From an uncultured Acidobacteriota bacterium (lineage in GTDB: Bacteria; Acidobacteriota; JAQAZP01), in NCBI GenBank assembly GCA_963836075.1, contig CAWIIB010000001.1, positions 640,001 through 704,000 on the forward strand: a DNA stretch of 64,000 nt, given 5' to 3'. Positions 59,302 to 64,000 of this stretch are shown here, piece after piece. A model generated the notes under the pieces. That model searched no databases, was not told the DNA's origin, and saw only the letters and a list, made by a program, of their open reading frames with translations. Position numbers and translations under genes: made by a program. The first letter of the stretch is position 1. Every line of letters starts with the position of its first letter.

Positions 59302-60949
59302 GGTCACCGGCCCCGGAACCTTCGCCGAACACCTGGGCGGTGAAGGCATAGAGCTCGGCTCCTCGCAGGTAGGCGTCACGTTCCAGACCGGCTTTGAGAC
59401 AGAGGTTTTCGAGAAACATCTGGCGGTCCCACCCCTGCTCGGTGGGCACCTGGGGCAGGAGCAGTCCGGAGTAGAAGCCCTTGACGATGTACAGACCGTG
59501 CAGGCCCACCTGCACCTCCTCCGGGCCGGACAGTTTCTCCAGAGGCGAAAGCACCGAGATCTCGATGTGCAGCTGGGAGAGCTCATCCGGGCCCACCGGT
59601 GAAAAGCGGTTGTCGGCGGAAGCGGCGTTGACCGTGTTGTCCACCACGGTTTCCCACAGCGGTTTGCGGGCCTGGATATAGCCGATACACCCGCGCAGCC
59701 TCCCCCGTTTGTGCAGGGTGACAAAGGCCCCGCGCTGCTGGGAGAGCACCGCGGGCAGGGATGAACCCCGGCTGGCCGGCGGCCGCCGCCCTTCCAGCAC
59801 GTGCATCCTCAGGGTTTCGCGGGCCAGTCCCAGCAGCAGTTCCTCCTCAGCACGGGTCAGACCGGCTGACCCGGCCTGGTCCCTGTCCCCGGGCCCCACC
59901 GCCGGCTGCGGAGTGCCACCCTCCTCCCCGCCTTCGGCCACCGTACTGCTGCCGCCATCGTCCCGGCTGGCCTCGGGCGTTGCGCTGCGCACGGCCAGGG
60001 CCTGGTAGCTGACCACGTGCGACCAGTCCCCGCTGCCGTGGGCCGAAGTGGTGTAGTGCAGGTTGTCCAGCGAAATCTTGCCCCGGTCCCAGTTGCTGCC
60101 AAAGAGGCTGATCAGGATGCCGATGGGCCGGAAACCGCAGATGGTGGCCCCGGTCTCTTTCTGGTAGTCCAGAAAACCCTGCAGGTCCAGTTGCATAATC
60201 CGCTCCACCGCCCCGCCGTCCAGCCGGGCAAGAGAAGCTTCCACGTCGTCGGTGAACGGCAGGTAGCCGAACGAGGACCCGTAGTGCGTGAAATCGCTGC
60301 TGACCACCACCAGGGTTTCCTCGTCGCAGAGCACACGGAGGGCCGTGGCCGCTTCCGCATAGTTGCCGGCGGTCAACTCGCCCACCACCAGGGGCAGGAT
60401 CCGGAACCCGGGCCGCAGGGTGCGCTGGAGAAAGGGGAGCTGGATTTCCAGCGAGTGCTCCTGTTCGTGGGGCCCTTCCTCACGGCTGAACAGGGCCTGC
60501 CTTTCCAGGTAGCGGCAGGCGGCCTGGTCCACCTCCACCCGCCCCAGCGGTGTTTCAAAAAATGCGGAGCGGGGGATCACCAGCCCGCGGCAGCGGGTGG
60601 TGTGACTGGGGCCCAGCAGAATAACCCGCCGGATGTTTCGCCCGGCCACGGTCTTGTAAGCGTAAGCCGCGCAGCGACCGGAGTAAACATACCCGGCATG
60701 GGGGGCCACCAGCCCCACCACCCGGCCCGGTGAACCGGGGGGCGTCCCGGCTTCCTCCAGGTAGAGGTCCAGCTTGGCCCCCAGCCGGTCCGGGTCTGCA
60801 TCGTACCACGAACCGGCCAGCACGCTTGGCCGGACGCCTGCCGCACTCCCGTCAATTTCCGTCCCGCCCGCGCCCGTTGTTGATATATTCATGATCAGTG
60901 ACACCAGTAAGAAAAGGAGGAACATCCGCCCGGTCCAGACAATGGTCAT
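59288..60949 (-). CDS. amrB: Fused AmmeMemoRadiSAM proteins B (MEMO) and A (AMMECR1)
   Basis: VRPSVLAGSWY, PHAGYVYSG, LGPSH, EHSLEIQLPFLQ, SSDFTHYG, TICG; then GAFVTL..LRGCIG, IEISVLS, GLLLPQV, CLKAG. Confidence 0.92.
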   Translation of the reverse strand: MTIVWTGRMFLLFLLVSLIMNISTTGAGGTEIDGSAAGVRPSVLAGSWYDADPDRLGAKLDLYLEEAGTPPGSPGRVVGLVAPHAGYVYSGRCAAYAYKTVAGRNIRRVILLGPSHTTRCRGLVIPRSAFFETPLGRVEVDQAACRYLERQALFSREEGPHEQEHSLEIQLPFLQRTLRPGFRILPLVVGELTAGNYAEAATALRVLCDEETLVVVSSDFTHYGSSFGYLPFTDDVEASLARLDGGAVERIMQLDLQGFLDYQKETGATICGFRPIGILISLFGSNWDRGKISLDNLHYTTSAHGSGDWSHVVSYQALAVRSATPEASRDDGGSSTVAEGGEEGGTPQPAVGPGDRDQAGSAGLTRAEEELLLGLARETLRMHVLEGRRPPASRGSSLPAVLSQQRGAFVTLHKRGRLRGCIGYIQARKPLWETVVDNTVNAASADNRFSPVGPDELSQLHIEISVLSPLEKLSGPEEVQVGLHGLYIVKGFYSGLLLPQVPTEQGWDRQMFLENLCLKAGLERDAYLRGAELYAFTAQVFGEGSGAGDHGNR

Positions 60950-61026
60950 ATTCACCAGATCTTCCCCCGTTGCCCGTTGCGATCACCAGCGTAAAACATC
61001 GGCACCTGACGTGGCTTCATTTGAAT

Positions 61027-63474
61027 CTAAGTCGTTCCCCGCCCCCTGTCAACCCGTTGTCTCCAGGCGAGCAGCGACAGCAGCAGGAGCAGCGCCACGG
61101 CTGCCGCCGTAACCGCCAGGCCGGGCCGAAAACCGGGCGGCCGGTAGGTCAGTTCCACCCGGTGACGGCCCGCCCCCGGTAACGGAGCAAGGCAAAACCC
61201 GCCCAGGCCCTCCTGCAGCGCCACCGGGTGGCCGTCCACCCGGGCCGTCCACCCGGGGTCGTGGCCCTCGGTAAAGGCGAGGAGCATCCCCGGCCGCCGG
61301 ATCTCCAGTTCCGCCGCCACCCGCTGAGGCCCCCAGGCCGTGATCCGCAGCCCTTCGCCCAGGCCGGCCCCCCGGTCCAGATCGCCGCGCAGCGTATCGA
61401 CCAGGCCGGCCATCCCCTCCCCGGTCGTAAGCAGCAGTGCCTCCGCCCGGGGATACCGGCCGGCAGCGTCAGCGGAGACCGCGAAGAGCCGCGGCAGGGG
61501 CCGGGTAAGCCGGTAGAGCCGCTGCCCGGGCAGGTCCTGCTGGATCTCGACCCGGAACAGCTCATCGGGGAAGGAGAGGTCCCGGTCCATCAGCAGGTAG
61601 TCCACGCCCCAGAGGGCCAGCAGAGCCAGCTTGTCCGGAAGCCCGGCCGCGGTGAGCAGCCGTTCCCGGTGTGCCGGGTGCCGCAGTTCCATCCCGGTGC
61701 TGCCCCGGACCTGGGAGATCCCGTAGATGCCGGAGCTGTTGGGCGAGAGGTAGGCCCGCCAGACCAGGTGGGTATCCAGGGGCGTTGCCTGGGGCCGCCG
61801 GGTCACCGGGGGCCCGCCGGGACATCCGGGCAGGGTGGAACGGACGCGGGGCGGGATCCGGCAGCCCGCCGTGCCTGGCTGCTGTTGCTCCAGTATGACC
61901 CGGGCCGCCGCCGGCACACTGCTGTAAAAACCGGCAGGCGCCGTGCTGTTCAGGGGCCGATGGGCCGAGGAGAGGTCAACCGCCACCAGGATGGCCAGCA
62001 GCAGACCGGCGATGGCGGGGCCCAGCATCTTCCGCCGGGCCAGGAATCGCGTCAGGGCGGCCAGCAGCAAGAGAACCAGGGGCAGGGCCACGGCGTAACA
62101 GGAAGCGTCCCCGCGCGTGCCGCCGGCCCAACCGGCCATGCCGAGGAGAGCCAGTGGCAGCAGCAGCGCTGTCAGTTCGGCAGCCAGTGGCGGCAGCCGG
62201 GGGGGCGGCAGCGGGTCTCCGTAAAGGTCCCGGCACCCCAGGGCGGCCAGCAGCGGCAGCGCCAGACTGGTGAGAAAGACAAATTTCTCCGGGTAGCGGA
62301 ACCAGCCGGCTCCGGGGATAACTTTGAACAGTGCGGCGGTGAGGGGAAAGGCGTCTCCCAGGGCCAGCAGCAGCCCGGCTCCGGCTGCGGCCAGCAGCGC
62401 CAGTCGCAGGACGAGCATTCTGCGCCCGGCCAGCAGACCGGCCAGCGCCAGATAGAGCACCACCGCCCCCTGGTAGATGCTGATCAGCCAGGGCACCCGG
62501 CCGCCGGGAAAGGATTTGAAATAGTCCGGGGCCGCCGGGTCACCCAGACGCCGGGGAGCGCCGATGTTCTGCAGATTCTCGGGCTGGAGCGAGTAGGCGG
62601 CAGCCTCCTCCGTCTCCAGGCCGCCGCCGGAGCGGATCGACCGGCCGGCCATTTCCACGGTGGGCAGGACCTGGAAAGCGGTGAGGCCAGCGGCCAGCAG
62701 GACGGCGCCCCCCACCAGCAGGGGACCGCGCCACACCGCTGCCCCAGCCGGCCGTTCAAACGGCAGAACGGCAAGGACAAGGGCGGCGGCCAGGGTCAGC
62801 GCCGTCACCTCCACACCTCCGCCCAGCAGTTGGCAGGCCACCGCCAAAGAGGTGAAGACCATGCCGCTGAGCGGCCGTCCCCGCAGCAGCGCCAGGACGG
62901 CCACCAGGACCAGTGGGGCCCAGGCCGCCGACTGGAGGTTGTTCAACTGCGAAACCGAGGAGACCAGATACCCGCCACAGGCAAAGGCGGTCCCGGTGAG
63001 ACAGCAGACCCAGAGAGCGGCGCGCAGCAGGGAACGGGCCAGCAGGGCGGCCGACAGAAAGGCCAGCAGAAAATGGAAGGCGACGAACAGCTTGAGCCCG
63101 GCCTGGAACGATGTGCCAAGGATGAAGAGCAGAGAAGGCGGATAGGCCACACCTGGCTGCAGGGAGGCGAAGAACGGCACACCGCACCCCAGGTGGGGTT
63201 GCCACAAGGGGAAGGTGCCGCTGTCCAGCGACTGGGCCAGGAAGAGTTTCTGGGGGTAGAAGAAGGGATGGAAGTCGCGGAGATAGAACTGGCCATCACC
63301 GAGGAAGAGTGCGGGGAAGGTGAGGAAGAAGACCGCGACGGAGAAGAGCAGCCAGACCGTCCAGCGCCGGCCGCCCCCTTGCCGGAGGGCCTGTCCTCCC
63401 GCCGGCTCTTCGTTCCTTGTCACAGTGGATTCCCCCCACGGATGGTAGTGATCTGCCGGCCCTGATGTTTTCAT
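61027..63474 (-). CDS. YfhO-family multi-pass membrane protein (GT-C-like)
   Basis: RDFHPFFYP, FPLWQPHLGCGVPFFASLQ..YPP, RYPEKF, C-terminal PGWTARVDG..GRHRVELTYRP plus a final TM. Confidence 0.82.
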   Translation of the reverse strand: MKTSGPADHYHPWGESTVTRNEEPAGGQALRQGGGRRWTVWLLFSVAVFFLTFPALFLGDGQFYLRDFHPFFYPQKLFLAQSLDSGTFPLWQPHLGCGVPFFASLQPGVAYPPSLLFILGTSFQAGLKLFVAFHFLLAFLSAALLARSLLRAALWVCCLTGTAFACGGYLVSSVSQLNNLQSAAWAPLVLVAVLALLRGRPLSGMVFTSLAVACQLLGGGVEVTALTLAAALVLAVLPFERPAGAAVWRGPLLVGGAVLLAAGLTAFQVLPTVEMAGRSIRSGGGLETEEAAAYSLQPENLQNIGAPRRLGDPAAPDYFKSFPGGRVPWLISIYQGAVVLYLALAGLLAGRRMLVLRLALLAAAGAGLLLALGDAFPLTAALFKVIPGAGWFRYPEKFVFLTSLALPLLAALGCRDLYGDPLPPPRLPPLAAELTALLLPLALLGMAGWAGGTRGDASCYAVALPLVLLLLAALTRFLARRKMLGPAIAGLLLAILVAVDLSSAHRPLNSTAPAGFYSSVPAAARVILEQQQPGTAGCRIPPRVRSTLPGCPGGPPVTRRPQATPLDTHLVWRAYLSPNSSGIYGISQVRGSTGMELRHPAHRERLLTAAGLPDKLALLALWGVDYLLMDRDLSFPDELFRVEIQQDLPGQRLYRLTRPLPRLFAVSADAAGRYPRAEALLLTTGEGMAGLVDTLRGDLDRGAGLGEGLRITAWGPQRVAAELEIRRPGMLLAFTEGHDPGWTARVDGHPVALQEGLGGFCLAPLPGAGRHRVELTYRPPGFRPGLAVTAAAVALLLLLSLLAWRQRVDRGRGTT

Positions 63475-63529
63475 AACCGGACCCGCGGTTCAAGACCCGA
63501 CGGCCTATTCTGATTCCTGGTCTTCACAT

Positions 63530-63572
63530 AAAAAAGACCCGGAAGCACTGCGAGCAGCAACTTCCGGGCCTC
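63530..63572 (-). terminator. Rho-independent terminator
   Basis: Minus strand GGCCCGGAAG..CTTCCGGGTC followed by TTTTTT, downstream of the stop at 63630. Confidence 0.65.
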
Positions 63573-63629
63573 TGGAAATCAATCAACCGGAGGCCGCCGC
63601 GAGGCGGCCCCCGTCAGTCCCTGACCGGG

Positions 63630-64000
63630 TCAGGGAGCATTGGCCACCACCACGTTCGTCTTCGCGGACGTGTCGCCCGAGGGCGGGTACGGCGGCTGGT
63701 TGTACGGAGAAGGCGTCACGTCCTCGGCAGACAACACGAAGGTGTTGTCTCCGATAACGGTGGCCAGCGCCGGGAAGTTCACCGGGAACTGCTTGAAGAA
63801 GGTGACCCCCGGAGCGATGTTGGTGTAACCGGCACGCCACGGGTTGAAGAAGGTGCCGTTACCGATGGTCACCGCGATCCGGAAGGAAACCCGGCGGGTG
63901 TAGACCGCGCCGCCGGAGAGCAGGTTGGACAGGGAGATCCGGTGGGTCGAGGGGAAGGGCACCGTGCCCACCAGCGGGGTGATCGTGTAGTCACAGTCGA
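63630..64000 (-). CDS. C-terminal end of a protein extending beyond the window (beta-rich domain)
   Basis: Open to the window edge; ..DCDYTITPLVGTVPF..WRAGYTN..AEDVTPSPYNQPPYPPSGDT..ANAP*; coding-like GC3. Confidence 0.7.
   Translation of the reverse strand, partial: DCDYTITPLVGTVPFPSTHRISLSNLLSGGAVYTRRVSFRIAVTIGNGTFFNPWRAGYTNIAPGVTFFKQFPVNFPALATVIGDNTFVLSAEDVTPSPYNQPPYPPSGDTSAKTNVVVANAP

Overview
High-GC bacterial chromosomal window, probably from an uncultured diderm lineage (Acidobacteriota/deltaproteobacteria-like; this taxonomy is inference only). It has no rRNA, tRNA, CRISPR array or mobile element. Housekeeping genes: iscS-mnmA, hisS, apgM, ilvE, MocR regulator-pdxS-pdxT, pcnB, nadE and dacB. 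It also carries an 11-subunit complex I-like operon (nuoABCDHIJKLMN, no nuoEFG) and an AmmeMemoRadiSAM cluster (fused AmrB-AmrA, DUF362, AmrS) whose products all have export-like N-termini. Main finding: a probable secreted selenoprotein (40090..38351, minus) that the ORF track splits in two. An in-frame UGA occupies the first Cys position of an Omp28/thioredoxin-like UxxC motif (ELFSRDG-U-AYC-P) and is followed by a bacterial SECIS-like hairpin. This protein, two tandem PQQ-type sugar dehydrogenases and a giant beta-helix protein all end in the same ~330-aa FG-GAP-like propeller module, suggesting a lineage-specific surface display or sorting domain. Single-base frameshifts in several genes are most likely long-read assembly errors.
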